In this document: in pieces, positions 12,652 to 24,553 of the stretch
Position numbering within the stretch: position 1 is the first letter of the stretch
How the letters are laid out: the number at the start of each line of letters is the position of its first letter
From: Squalus acanthias
Taxonomy: Eukaryota
Length of the DNA stretch: 64,000 bases
Direction: 5' to 3'
Assembly (NCBI GenBank): GCA_030390025.1
Contig: CM059452.1
Location: forward strand, 7,626,001-7,690,000
Translations under genes and position numbers: made by a program
Notes under the pieces: model-generated
What the model saw: only the letters and a program-made list of their open reading frames with translations
Database searches by the model: none
Told to the model about the DNA's origin: nothing

Positions 12652-13308
12652 ATAAGCACATAAAAACATAAGAAATAGGAGCAGGAGTGGGCCATTTAGC
12701 CCTTCGAGCCTGCTCCGCCATTCAATGAGATCCTGGCTGATCTTCGACCTCAACTCCACTTTCCTGCACTATCCCCATATCCCTTGATGCCCTTAATATT
12801 CAACAATCTATCAATCTCTGTCTTGAATATACTCAATGACTGAGCCTCCACAGCCCCCTGGGGTAGAGAATTCCAAAGATTCACCACCCTCTGAGTGAAG
12901 AAATTTCTCCTCATCTCAGTCCTAAATGGCCGACCCCTTATTCTGAGACTGTGACCCCTGGTTCTAGATTCCCCAGCCAGGGGAAACATCCTCCCTGCAT
13001 CTACCCTGTCAAGCCCTGTAAGTATTTTGTATGTTGCAATGAGATCACCTCCCATTCTTCTAAACTCTAGGAAATATAGGCCTAGTCTACTCAATCTGTC
13101 CTCATAGGACAATCCCCCCATCCCAGGAACCAGTCTGGTGAACCTTCGTTGCACTCCCTCTATCGCAAGTATATCCTTCCTTGGGTAAGGAGACCAAAAC
13201 TGTACACAATACTCCAGGTGTGGTCTCACCAGAGCCCAATATAATTGCAGTAAGACGTCTTTACTCTTATACTCAAATCCTCTTGTAATAAAGGCCAACA
13301 TACCATTT
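12652..13308 (-). mobile_element. CR1 LINE 3' fragment
   Basis: ORF 12750..13370 RPHLEYCVQFWSP..RGHSLRIRG..WNSLP. Confidence 0.9.
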
Positions 13309-13916
13309 TCCCTGACGACATTTATCCCTGCTCTCCTCCATTCCCTCTTGTACGATCTACCTGAACTCACTAAACATCACCCCAGAGTTCATTTCTCGCT
13401 GCTCTCCTCCATTCCCTCTGATACCAACTCCCTGAACTCACTGAACATCACTCCAGGGATCCACTAGTGACCTTCAGACCTTCGCTCCCGGTTTCAGTGA
13501 AGTTTCGCTCCTCATCCTTCACCGTCTTATCGGATTCTTTCAGAGCCTCCCGGCCACCTGAACATCTCCACCTATTTCTGGTCAACCCCGAGTATCTTCT
13601 AGAATGTTCCTTCTACTAGGGCGCTGCTTTTCCACGAAACTCCCCGAGTTTAGACGTGAGGTCTCTTGTGGTTGGATAGCACATCAGGTTAAGGGAGGGA
13701 AGAATTAGCGGCCCTTCTGTAGGGCTCGGAAGTAAGTTTGGGAATGGATGGAGTTGGTGTTTAAACTGTCTCTGCCGCAGTGAAATAAAAAGGAATTTCA
13801 CCTTAATTTATATTGAGAAATATAACTGCGGATTGACCACCGCCCTTTGCCTGAACTGGTCGTTTTCGGGACCGATTTGACTGTCACCCAATCTACCCAG
13901 GCTTTACTCAGAGTGG

Positions 13917-13955
13917 AGATATTGTAGGAGAGCGGGGCCTTTCCCCCACACTGTG
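13917..13955 (-). promoter_or_regulatory. 23-RSS of V-a
   Basis: CACAGTG-23 bp-ACAATATCT. Confidence 0.85.
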
Positions 13956-14225
13956 GCCCACGGCACAGTAATAGATTCCGGTATCTGCCAACTCTGCCTG
14001 GCCGATACCGAGTGCGCTCAGACTTTGATCCCGGTCGGTGTGGATCTTAAACCGGCCTTGGTGGCGCTCTCCTTTGAATCCACAATGGATGTATCCCGGG
14101 GCCTCGCTCTCCAGTCGGCTGTACCAACAGATGTTGTCAGTGTTGCTGAACCCGCACTGGATCCTGACGGGGTTTCCTTCCACTGCGAACTCTCGGGCAG
14201 GTTGAGAATTCTGGGATAAACTCGG
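13956..14225 (-). pseudogene. TCR alpha/delta-type V exon (V-a), inverted orientation; probable pseudogene
   Basis: VEGNPVRIQC..ICWY..DTGIYYCAVG followed by a 23-RSS; no in-phase splice acceptor found; intron holds nested LINEs. Confidence 0.75.
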
Positions 14226-14274
14226 AGCATATTTGGACGCAATTTAAGAATTACACAGAATTTACAGCACAAGG

Positions 14275-15415
14275 ATCCCTAGTAAAACTGAAGTCAATGG
14301 GAATCTGGGGGAAAACGCTCCACTGGCTGGAGTCATACCTAGCACAAAGGAAGATGGTTGTGGTGGTTGAAGGTCAATCATCACAGCCCCAGGACATCGC
14401 TGTAAGTGTTCCTCAGGGCAGTGTCCTCGGCCCAACCATCTTCAGCTGCTTCATCAATGACCTCCCCTCCAACATAAGGTCAGAAATTGGGACGTATTCT
14501 GATGACTGCACAGTGTTCAGCGCCATTCGCAACTCTTCAGATAATGAAGCAGTCCATGCCCGCATGCAACAAGACCTGGACGACGTTTAGGCTTGGGCTG
14601 ATAAGTGGCAGGTAACATTCGCGCCACAGAAGTGCCAGGCAATGACTACCTCCAACAAGCGAGAGTCTAACCAACGCCCCTTGACATTCAATGGCATTAC
14701 CATCGCCGAATCCCCCCCCCCCCATCAACATCCTGGGGGTCACCATTGACCAGAAACTTAACTGGACCAGCCACATAAATACTGTGGCAACAAAAGCAGG
14801 TTAGAGCCTAGGTATTCTGCGGTAAGTGTCTCACCTCCTGACTCCCCAAAGCCTTTCCAGCATCTACAAGGCACAAGTTAGGAGTGTGATGGAATACTTT
14901 CCACTTGCCTGGATAAGTGCAGCTCTAACAACACTCAAGAAGCTCGACACCATCCCAGTCAAAGCAGCCCGCTTGATTGGCACCCCATCCACCACCTTAA
15001 ACATTCAGTCCCTCCACCACCAGCGTGCCGTGGCTGCAGTGTGTACCATCTACAAGATGCACTGCAGCAACTCGCCAAGGCTTCTTCGGCAGCACCTCCC
15101 AAACCAGCGACCTCTTTCACCTAGAAGGACAAGGGCAGCAGACACATGGGAACACCACCACCTCCAAGTTCCCCTCCAAGTCATACACCATCCTGACTTA
15201 GAAGTATATCGCCGATCCTTCATCGTCGCTTGGTCAAAATCCTGGAACTCCGTCCCGAACAGCACTGTGGGAGTACCTTCACCACACGGACTGCAGCGGT
15301 TGAAAGAAGGCGGCTCACCACCTCCTTCTCTCAAGTGCTATTAGGGATGGACAATAAATGCTGGACTTGCCAGCGACGCCCACGTCCCATAAACGAATAC
15401 AAATAAAATATAAAT
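14275..15415 (+). mobile_element. CR1/L2-group LINE 3' fragment nested in a CR1 tail inside the V-a intron
   Basis: PQGSVLGP..FINDLP..YSDD RT motifs, stops/frameshifts, AATAAA 3' end. Confidence 0.88.
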
Positions 15416-15547
15416 GAAACAGGCCATTCGTCCCAACTGGTCTATACCTGTCTTTATGCTGAACACGAGCCTCCTCCCAACCCCATTGACATTGAAACAC
15501 AACAGTTTATGGAGCAGAATGATTAAAAACAGATGAGTAATACTCAC

Positions 15548-15581
15548 AGGATAAGAGTAGGAAGAGGTGACTATCCCCCAT
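15548..15581 (-). CDS. putative leader exon of V-a
   Basis: ATG..MGDSHLFLLLS, phase-1 gtgagt donor. Confidence 0.55.
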
Positions 15582-16124
15582 GGCTGATTTATTCTCTTTA
15601 CTCAAGGCTCCGTCTTACTCTGTATTGAAGCTGGCGGTGATTATTGGAGGCTGCAACTTGCCCAGACTCCATGAGACCGCGCTTTCTGCTTCTGTATAAC
15701 TTCACAGCGACCCCGGCAATAGGACAGGAGACAGGAGACATCGCGATAGAAGGCCATGGTTTCTCACGTCAGTTTCACTGTCAGTCATACGAGATCTGCT
15801 AGAGTTAATGTTAGTGATAGTCTCACATCTTCTGCTTTAGGTGAAACTCAATCGGTCATCAATATATCGATTACTTTGCCCAGCTGGCTCCCGTAAACAG
15901 AAGGATCACATTGGACCTGTGACAGTTCTCTGAGCAAACTGTTCCCTTAGTCCAATTCTTCTCCTCTTTCACTACACACGTGAGTTTCTGTTTCAAATAT
16001 TAGCCCATTTACATTTTAAAAGTTATTATAAATTCGGCTTCCTCGCTGCTTTTGTTGGGAATTTCATGTCCCAACAATCCTCTGAGTCAAAAAAAGAACC
16101 TTCGTTCTCATGGTAGGGATCGTA

Positions 16125-16765
16125 GCACTGAGTACTGTAATACAGCGAGACACCAGCAGAGGGAGATAGATAAAGGTGTGACAGAATACAGTGCTACAGA
16201 GAGACACCAGCAGAGGGAGATAGATAAACGTTTGACTGAGTACAGTGTGTAATACAGAGAGACAGCAACAGAAGGAGTTAAATAAATGTGTAAAAGGGTA
16301 TTGTGATACAGAGAGACACCAACAGAGGGAGATAGATAAATGTGTCACTGAATACAGCGAGCAATAAGAGAGGGAGACAGGTAAAGTTGTGACTGCGTAC
16401 AGTCAATGATACACAGAGACACCAACAGAAGGAGATAGATAAAGTTGTGAGAAACACTGAGAGTGGGCGGCCCGGTGTGAGCTCAGAGACAGTGTGAGCT
16501 GGTGTCAGTGAGATACACTGAGTGTGGGCGGTCCGGTGTGAGCTCAGAGACAGTGTGAGCTGGTGTCAGTGAGTCACACTGAATGTGGGCGGCCCGGTTT
16601 GAGCTCAGAGACAGTGTGAGCTGGTGTCAGTGAGAAACACTGAGTGTGGGCGGTCCGGTGTGAGGTCAGAAACAGTGTGAGCTGGTGTCAGTGAGTCACA
16701 CTGAATGTGGGCGGCCCGGTTTGAGCTCAGAGACAGTGTGAGCTGGTGTCAGTGAGTCACACTAA
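16125..16765. repeat. two adjacent ~61-63-bp minisatellites (about 5 units each)
   Basis: ACAGAGAGACACCAGCAGAGGGAGATAGATAAA units, then GTGAG..GGCGGCCCGGTGTGAGCTCAGAGACAGTGTGAGCTGGTGTCA units. Confidence 0.85.
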
Positions 16766-16937
16766 GTAAACCCCGAGATGCAGCTTGTTTTGTTTACTCG
16801 ACAGGAAGAAGCCTCTGAGTTGGACATGAATCGGAGTTTGGCTCCTTGTTATATATCCTGAATATATTATCCGTGTCCTGGTTCCAACCCGACCTCTGTG
16901 TACATTTCTTTCAGCCTCCTTTTCATCTGATCGGAAA

Positions 16938-17271
16938 ATGCTCCGGATTTACAGAGTTTCCCTGCTGATTTACACTCTGCTCTGCACGCATGTGAGCGGT
17001 GAAGATGAGGTGAAGCAATTTCCTAGGCGGGTGGTTGTTAGTGAAGAGGGAATCGTGTCCATCAACTGCTCCGCTACCCCTACGTTTACCGTCCTGCGCT
17101 GGTACAGACAGCACCCGGATCAGACCCTCCAGCACCTGGTGATGGCCACAAGCGGGGCCGACCAACACGGGAGGATCACTGCTTCAATCGGGGTAGGCAA
17201 TAAACTCAGTGCCCTGACTGTGCGAGACGCGCGAGTGACAGACAGCGCCACATATCTCTGCGCCGTGAGCC
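16938..17271 (+). CDS. TCR alpha-type V segment (V-b), leader fused to V with no intron
   Basis: MLRIYRVSLLIYTLLCTHVSG-EDEVKQ..INC..LRWYRQ..DSATYLCAVS in one ORF. Confidence 0.9.
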
Positions 17272-17310
17272 CACAGTGTAACCAACAGGCGGAGAGTCCG
17301 CACAGAAACC
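17272..17310 (+). promoter_or_regulatory. 23-RSS of V-b
   Basis: CACAGTG-23 bp-ACAGAAACC. Confidence 0.92.
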
Positions 17311-18117
17311 TGCACCGAGGGGGAGCGCCGCTCTGCTGTTTTTGGAGTAACGGGATTGGGAGGGGCCCGGTTATAATAATCGGAGGGCAGAGGGAATGAG
17401 CACAGAACAATGATGATATATTGAAGAGAGAGAGCTAAAGAAAGTGAGAAATGAAGAGAGTTGGAAACATAACAGAGGGAAAGAAAGAGGAAACACCAAA
17501 GAAAGAATGAGAGAGCGAAAGAGAAAGAGCGGTGTAATAATGAGAGTGTAGAGGACAGCAAATTAGTAAAGGCGGGAAAGTGAAATGAAAGAAAGTGAGA
17601 AATAACGAGTGAGAAACACAAAGCTAAAAGGTAAGAGAAAGCAAGAAACAGATTCAGAAATAAAGTAAAATGTATTTTCCTTCAAATTAATTCACATTTC
17701 CCTTCGCCCTATTTATAAAGCTGAATTGTCTGAAACAATACACATTGTCTCCCAATAACAGGTCTCTGGAAACTGCCCCATCGATAAACTCACACTTTAC
17801 TCTGCCGATTTTCCCGACAGTGTAAAATTCTCAGAGTCACCGGCAGAGGGCGCCGTGGTCACATGTTTCTCGCCGTCATCAACTGGAAATTATAGAGACA
17901 AATCTTGCGGTGACACTGCCCGCGGCAGTCCCGCCCACAGCTTCCGTTTGCTGCTCTCGCTCTGACCCGCCTTGCCTGCCCGGTGTTATTGGAGAGATCG
18001 CTGCCGCTGTTCCCTGTTTGGCATTGCTTGGATCAGCAGTGCAGTGGGGCGCGGATCTGTATTTCTGCTCCGACAGAGGATTTCCCGGACTGCAGAGTTA
18101 CAGTCGGAGGGAGGATC

Positions 18118-18636
18118 ATGTGGAACCGTCTCGCACCGCTCCTCATCATTATATCACTTCTCAGTAAGTATTTCCTTCACATTCTGCCCCTGACTGCTGT
18201 AAACCAGGTGTTATTGTTGCTAAAATTATGCTGATTATGTTGCTTAAGATGACATTAATGGTGATGATGATGGTGATGATGATGGTGATGGTGATGATGG
18301 TGATGATGACTATTACTGTTATTTTATGTTAGAATGGAGCCACCAAGACGCAGCCGAACAGCCGGTCCCTGAGATGACGGTTGAAGAAGAAAGTAATGTC
18401 ACACTAACCTGCACCTTGAAAACAAGCGATTCTAACCCTTATGTGTCCTGGTACAGTCAGCGCCCCGGGCAGCCTCCACAGTACGTGCTTCGTCTTATCG
18501 GAAGAAATGTAAACCGGAACCCCGACATTACTGACCGATTCAATTCTACGTTTAATAAAACTACCAAGATTACCGAGCTAACGATCGGCAAAGCCCTGAT
18601 CTCCGACACCGCCGTATATTTCTGTGCCATGGAGCC
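18118..18636 (+). CDS. TCR alpha/delta V segment (V-c): leader 18118-18163, V exon 18333-18636
   Basis: MWNRLAPLLIIISLL|gtaagt..ag|; VTLTC..VSWYSQRPGQPP..DTAVYFCAME. Confidence 0.92.
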
Positions 18637-18676
18637 CACACTGCTGCAGAGATATAGCGGATCCCGTACAAAAACC
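18637..18676 (+). promoter_or_regulatory. RSS of V-c (24-bp spacer by my count)
   Basis: CACACTG-24 bp-ACAAAAACC. Confidence 0.85.
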
Positions 18677-19064
18677 ACACTGAGAGTTCCAGTTAGTGAT
18701 CACCAGAGGGCGCTCTCACACCGATAAACAGAATCGATAATTCAGCCTCCACAGAGAGTCACAGGGACCTTCTGAAAAGGGCGAAAAAACACAACTCTCA
18801 ACAAGTCACCGCTTTTTTTCTGTCTTAACTCTTGAAGACAGCGTCTGACTGACAGAATCACAATAATTCAGATCTGAAAAAACATGTCAAACAGGAAAAG
18901 GACAGACCAGCGAGTGTTTACAATTCAGATTCAAAACATGTTGGAAATTGGAGAAAAGTTGAAATGTGTGTTGATCACCATCATCATCACCATTTCACCA
19001 ACAATAACACCTGGTTTGCAGCAGTCAGGGGAGAATTGATATTTACTGGGGAGGAAATACTTAC

Positions 19065-19110
19065 TGAGAGGTGATATAATGATGAGGAGCGGTGCGAGAC
19101 GGATCCACAT
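19065..19110 (-). pseudogene. orphan leader exon, inverted paralog of the V-c leader
   Basis: MWIRLAPLLIIISPL|gtaagt; 18975-19297 is a reverse-complement copy of ~17925-18290; no V exon follows. Confidence 0.8.
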
Positions 19111-20989
19111 GATTCACCCAGAGTCTGTAACTCTGCAGTCCGGGAAATCCTCTGTCGGAGCAGAAATACAGATCCCCGCCCACTGCACTGCTGATAGAAC
19201 CAATGCCAAACAGGGAACAGCGGCAGCAATCCCTCCAATAACACAGGGCAGGCAAGGCGGGACAGAGCGAGAGCAGCAAACAGAAGCTGTGGGCGGGGCT
19301 GATGAAGAGGGAGTGAGAAGAAGGAAATAGTCGCCTGGTGCTCACTTTCTCTCGCAATGAGCCCTTTCTCTGAAGCGGAATGATGAAAGGGATGGGCACA
19401 GGAGCTGTTTTAAGTAACAACGTGTCCCAGTGCCCGACTGCAATGACCCCAAGAGGAGTATCAGCATTAAAACCGAACCCGCAATATTATTTAAACTGAG
19501 CTGTGGAATTAGAAGCTGGGGACACGGGGTCAATGTATAAAAGCTCATTTTAGTGCTGGCACCAGGAAATTCTTCACACACACAGAGTGATTAATGTGTG
19601 GAATATACGTCTGGATAGAGTGGCCGAGGGAAATACCCTGGAATCGTTTAAGGAAAGTTTGAGGTTGCAGTGAGGGGCGGGAGTTAGGATCTCTCTGGAT
19701 GGATGAGACAAGACAAGCCGAATGGCCTCCTTCATTCTCAGTGATCTGGTGAACTGCAACACGGCGGGATTTGTACGTGTAGTTACAGGTACTCGCCACC
19801 AGAGGGCAGTGGGCGGATGTGTTCACTGTTGGTTTCAGTGTGAGGGCGTGTTACAGACGGACAACACCGTTTAGATCCTTTATTTAATAAAGGGATTCAG
19901 AAATAAAGGCATTAATTTCAAATGGAAGCGTTGTTTTATTTTTTAATGTTATTGTGAATTATTAGAGTATTATTAATGAGATGTTGTAAATATTTTAATG
20001 ACCAGCTCACCTTAGTATCACTGAGCCTATCCGCTGTTCGCAGCCTCCCATTCTGCTTAAACATGTCAGTCATTCCCCATTTCATTCATATAACAGGTGG
20101 CGTTTGTACAATTTACCGTATCGTTGTGTTCAAGTCCCTCGGGGCCCGCTGGCCGTCTATATTCCCCTTTATATCAGCAGTGGGTAGATCTGATGATTAG
20201 TGAGCAGCTCTTCTAATCGGAGCCTCCGGCACTGATACCAGAACAACATTAACTATTTCCCTTTACTGCCCCCACCGCACAGATTGCACCTGTCTAGTGA
20301 ATTTAGATCCCATTGCATCTGAAAACAGAATGTGGGCAAGTTGTTGCGCAAATAATATGAGATTAATGTTTTTTATCCGTTCAGGGACCTGCACTCATCA
20401 ATTAAAGACAGCAGCAAGTAGATCGCACCGCGGGGACGGGGCTGTGCTGATTGTGTCCAGGAAGAGAAGCGAGAAAGGACAAATATACAACCCGTGACTC
20501 AGGGATGAGCGGGTGCAGCGTGTGACATGATATTCAGAAATTGTCTGATTGGTTGGGAAATATTTTGGCACATTGTTGAGAGACGGAATGAATCCAATTT
20601 TAGAATAGTTTGCACCAAGTCTGTTTCTCATTCATCTCAAACAATTCACAACTGAATATAGATCAATAACATCCACAAGACATCAAACATTGTGTGCCCG
20701 TCTGTGTTTATTCTGGTATGTGTGTCTGTGTGTGTTTGAGTGTGTGTCTGTCTATGTGCAAGTGTCTGTGGTCATGTGCTTGTTTCCAATGCTCTGTGTG
20801 AGGCTTGTACCTGACACAAGAGTGCGCTCTCTGATTACTTGTTAAAGAGCTTGCATCTCAAGCAAAGTACAACTGAATATAAGTCATTAACCTCCAAAGA
20901 TATCAAACATTCTGTGTATTTTTGTTAATGTTGGTGTGTGTGTAATGTAATTCATATTCTTAAGATTGCAACTATTAATGGGACACAAC

Positions 20990-22507
20990 GGCCCAAAAAT
21001 TCGGCTGAATACGGGAGAGTATGCACTGTGTACTCTCGCGTATTCGGTCCCCAAGTGCCGGTTTCCTGCATGCACTGCGCATGCGCGGGAAACCTGCACT
21101 TCCGGTATGGCGAAGGGGGCGGCTCCTAAGTGAACCGCGTGTGCACTACAGGCTGTGCGCACGCAGCACACTTAGGTTTTTTTTCAGGTTTCAACGCGAG
21201 GGTAAGTATGGAATATTTTACACATGGGCCCAGAAATTAGACTTCGATGGTTGCCACGGGGGTAAGGATCGTGCGCGATCTTACCTACCGCGCCTGCCTT
21301 TATGGTTCGGGCCCACACGAACTTCTGGTCCTGGGCCTCTCCCTGTTGCCGGCGCGCAGTGTGTGCGTGTCCCAGAGGCACAGTTAGTTCGATGCGACCT
21401 CTGGGATCACGTGGGCCAGTTAGAGCCAATGGCAGCACACCATCTTTCATTCTTAGATTTGACAGAAGAACTGTCAAAACTATGAATACAACTTGCCCCC
21501 AAAAGAACAGCTAAACCTCAATTAAATTTCAAAAAAACCCATAACTATAGTTAAATAAATTAACCACTTTAAACAAAAATTAAAATTTTTGAAAAAATTT
21601 AAATTCTTTTTAAAAGTTATAAAAGTAAACTTACCTTTCTGTAAAGTCTCTAAAAAAGATAAACCGGTTGAAAAAAATGTAAAATAATACTTAATTAACT
21701 ACTTACCTTGTTAAATGGGGGTCTTACGCCTCCTTTTTTCATGTGTAAAATCTTGCATACCGACCCTCGTGTTCAAACCTGAAAAAAAACCTAAGTGTGC
21801 TGCGTGCGCACAGCCTGTAGTGCGCACGCGGTTCACTTAGGAACCGCCCCCTTCGCAATATCGGAAGTGCCGGTTTCCCGCGCATGTGCAGTGCATGCAA
21901 GAAACCGGCACTTCGGGACCGAATATGGGTGAGTACACAGTGCGTACTCTCCCGTATTCGGCCGAATTTCTGGGCCATTAAGAAAGGAGGCGTAAGACCC
22001 CATTTTAACAAGGTAAGTAGTTAATTAAGTATTATTTTAATTTTTTTTCAACAGGTTTATCTTTTTTAGAGACTTTAAAGAAAGGTAAGTTTATTTTTAT
22101 AACTTTTAAAAAGAATTTAAATTTTTTCAAAAATTTAAATTTTTGTTTAAAGTGGTTAATTTATTTAACTATAGTTATTTTATTAATGTGATGGTTTTTT
22201 TTTACAATTTATTTGAGGTTTAGCTGTTCTTTTGGGGGCAATTTGTTTTCATAGTTTTGACAGTTCTCCTGTCAAATCTATGAATGAAAGATGGTGTGCT
22301 GCCATTGGCTCTCCATGGCCCACGTGAGCCCAGAGGTCGCATCGAACTAACTGCGCCTCTGGGACACGCACACACTGCGCGCCGGCACCAGGGAGAGGCC
22401 CAGGACCAGAAGTTCGTGTGGGCCCAAAACACAACGGCCGGCGCGGAGTGCGATATCGCGCAAGATCCTTACCCCCGCGGCAAGCCTCCGAGTCAAATTT
22501 CTGGGCC
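20990..22507. mobile_element. non-autonomous TIR/foldback element with interleaved arms (A> B> <A <B)
   Basis: termini GGCCCAAAAATT..AATTTCTGGGCC, flanked by AAC at 20987-20989 and 22508-22510; internal termini at 21227 and 21976. Confidence 0.75.
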
Positions 22508-22896
22508 AACGACTTCTGGAATTTCTTCACATTTCACTTTAGTTAGAGAGCGACAGAGATAGAATGAAAGGAAAAGACAGAGAGAGAGACAGAGAGGGGA
22601 GAGAAACCGTGACTCAGATAGAGACACAGAGTTAAATAGACATATATATAGAGAGAGATAATGACACACACAGACAGGCAAGGAAAGAGTTTGAATAGAT
22701 CCTGCAGTAATTGGACACAAATAACACTCATTGGTGCAAAGCTGAAGACAGTTCTGAGAGACCAGCCAATCATGTCCTGGGAAACGCCCCTCAGTTTCTC
22801 AATAAGTGAAGCCTGCCCCTGATCTGGGTTTAATCTTTAATATCGCACATGTTTAGAACATTCTGTTATTTTCTGTCGAACTCTAAACCAGACATC

Positions 22897-23336
22897 ATGT
22901 GCTCCCCGTGTTCTTTACTAATAATAATGGTCGTGCTGCCCAGTGAGTCTATGTTTAAATGGCCAGTGTGTGTTCCATGGGTTGTATTCACTGCCAGGCT
23001 TTTCACACATTCTGTATTTTGTTACAGGTACGAGTGGAAAAGACGCAGTATTTCAGGATCCGCCAGAATTAACCGCTCAGGAAGGACAGTCCATAATACT
23101 GAACTGTCGTTACTCGGCAGAGTACACTGGCTCAACCCTCTTCTGGTACATCCAGTATCCCGGGGAAGCTCCGAGATATTTACTGAAGCGATATAGCTCG
23201 GTGTCCGGAGAAAAGGCTCCAGATACCCCAGAACGGTTCTCTGCTGATTTGGACCAAGACAACAAAACGGTTCCTTTAAATGTCTCCGGAACGCTCATCT
23301 CTGACTCTGCCGTGTATTTATGTGCGCTGAGCGCCC
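22897..23336 (+). CDS. TCR alpha/delta V segment (V-d): leader 22897-22942, V exon 23028-23336
   Basis: MCSPCSLLIIMVVLP|gtgagt..ttacag|; IILNC..LFWYIQYPGEAP..DSAVYLCALS. Confidence 0.93.
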
Positions 23337-23375
23337 CACACCGTTACAGGGGCGCAGTCAGTCCGTACAAAAACT
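23337..23375 (+). promoter_or_regulatory. 23-RSS of V-d
   Basis: CACACCG-23 bp-ACAAAAACT. Confidence 0.85.
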
Positions 23376-23983
23376 GGCAAAGGACTCTCACCTCCTCTCA
23401 ATGAATCAGATCTGTGACCTGGATTATGATCAGATAATAGAACGGAAACCAAATTATACAGACGAATTTGGCTGAATGGCTTGTTTCTGTGCTGTGCACA
23501 GTGTAATTCTATATAATATCCCCATTTATATCGGCTGTGGGTAGTTCACATGGTCCGTGAGCAGATGTTTTAACGGGACCCTCCGGCACTTATACTAAAC
23601 AAGATAACCATTTCCCTTCACTGCTCCCAACGCACACACTGCCCCTGTTAAAGGGCGAACATTGGCTTTAATCCCCGTCCAGTTCTCTGTTGTGAGGAGA
23701 ACAATTTCACTCCGCTCCCCGCTCCCCTCACTGAGGTCATGTGTTGGAGAACAAAGGAGCTGTGAGATGATTGGATGAATGGGAGAACAAAGGAACTGTG
23801 AGCTGATTGGATGAATTGGAGAACAAAGGACCCCTGAGTTGATTGGATGCCACCTGTTGACTCTGTCAGGAATGAACCAATCGGCAGAGAGACGGATATT
23901 ACTCAACATCTTCCCAACTCTTGACTAAAACAATTACATGTTCAACCCGTTCTGTTCAAATCCTCCATCAACTCGCTGCAAAC

Positions 23984-24514
23984 ATGTTAGGTGGGACTTT
24001 TTACTCAGTCCTCACAGCTGCAGCTCTATTAAATGGTAAGTTCACAAGTTACACAAACTTCCTCTTGCAGGTGTCACTAACATAGATAATCTTTTAACTG
24101 TGTTTCTCTATACTTGCCATGCATTCCGTCACCTTTATTATATTAGTTATAATTAAATGACAGTGGGAGCTTTCAGTTCTGTATTTCTAAATTTCTGCAG
24201 GTGTCAGTGGTGCGGACTCGGTCTCACAGGGGCCGGTTACAGCGATGCAGTTTGAAGGAGACTCGGTGACCATCAATTGCAATTATTCGACCACTGCTAC
24301 TTTCTATTTCTTACAACTGTACCGTCAGGACCGGGACAAAGGCCCCACATTCTTGATCTACATCCCTTCTGGTGGGGATGTTTCCAAAGCAGAGGGGGCG
24401 GGGGCTCGATTTTCAGCATCTCTCGACACTTCGAAAAGTGAAGTGAAATTCACCATCGGCGGCCTGCGGCTGTCTGACAGCGCGGTGTATCACTGCGTGC
24501 TGCGGGCTGAGAGA
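23984..24514 (+). CDS. TCR alpha/delta V segment (V-e): leader 23984-24035, V exon 24201-24514; conserved Trp replaced by Leu
   Basis: MLGGTFYSVLTAAALLNG|gtaag..ctgcag|VSGADSVSQ..TINCNY..LQLYRQ..DSAVYHCVLR. Confidence 0.88.
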
Positions 24515-24553
24515 CACAGTGACTGAAACCAGAGGGAGCCTCGTACAAAAACA
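24515..24553 (+). promoter_or_regulatory. 23-RSS of V-e
   Basis: CACAGTG-23 bp-ACAAAAACA. Confidence 0.92.

Noticed and set aside
20099-20290. minus-strand MLFWYQ plus CACAACG-14-ACAAACGCC, possible V relic
   Set aside because: Too short and deleted, wrong spacer, no Cys motifs; cannot be supported by eye
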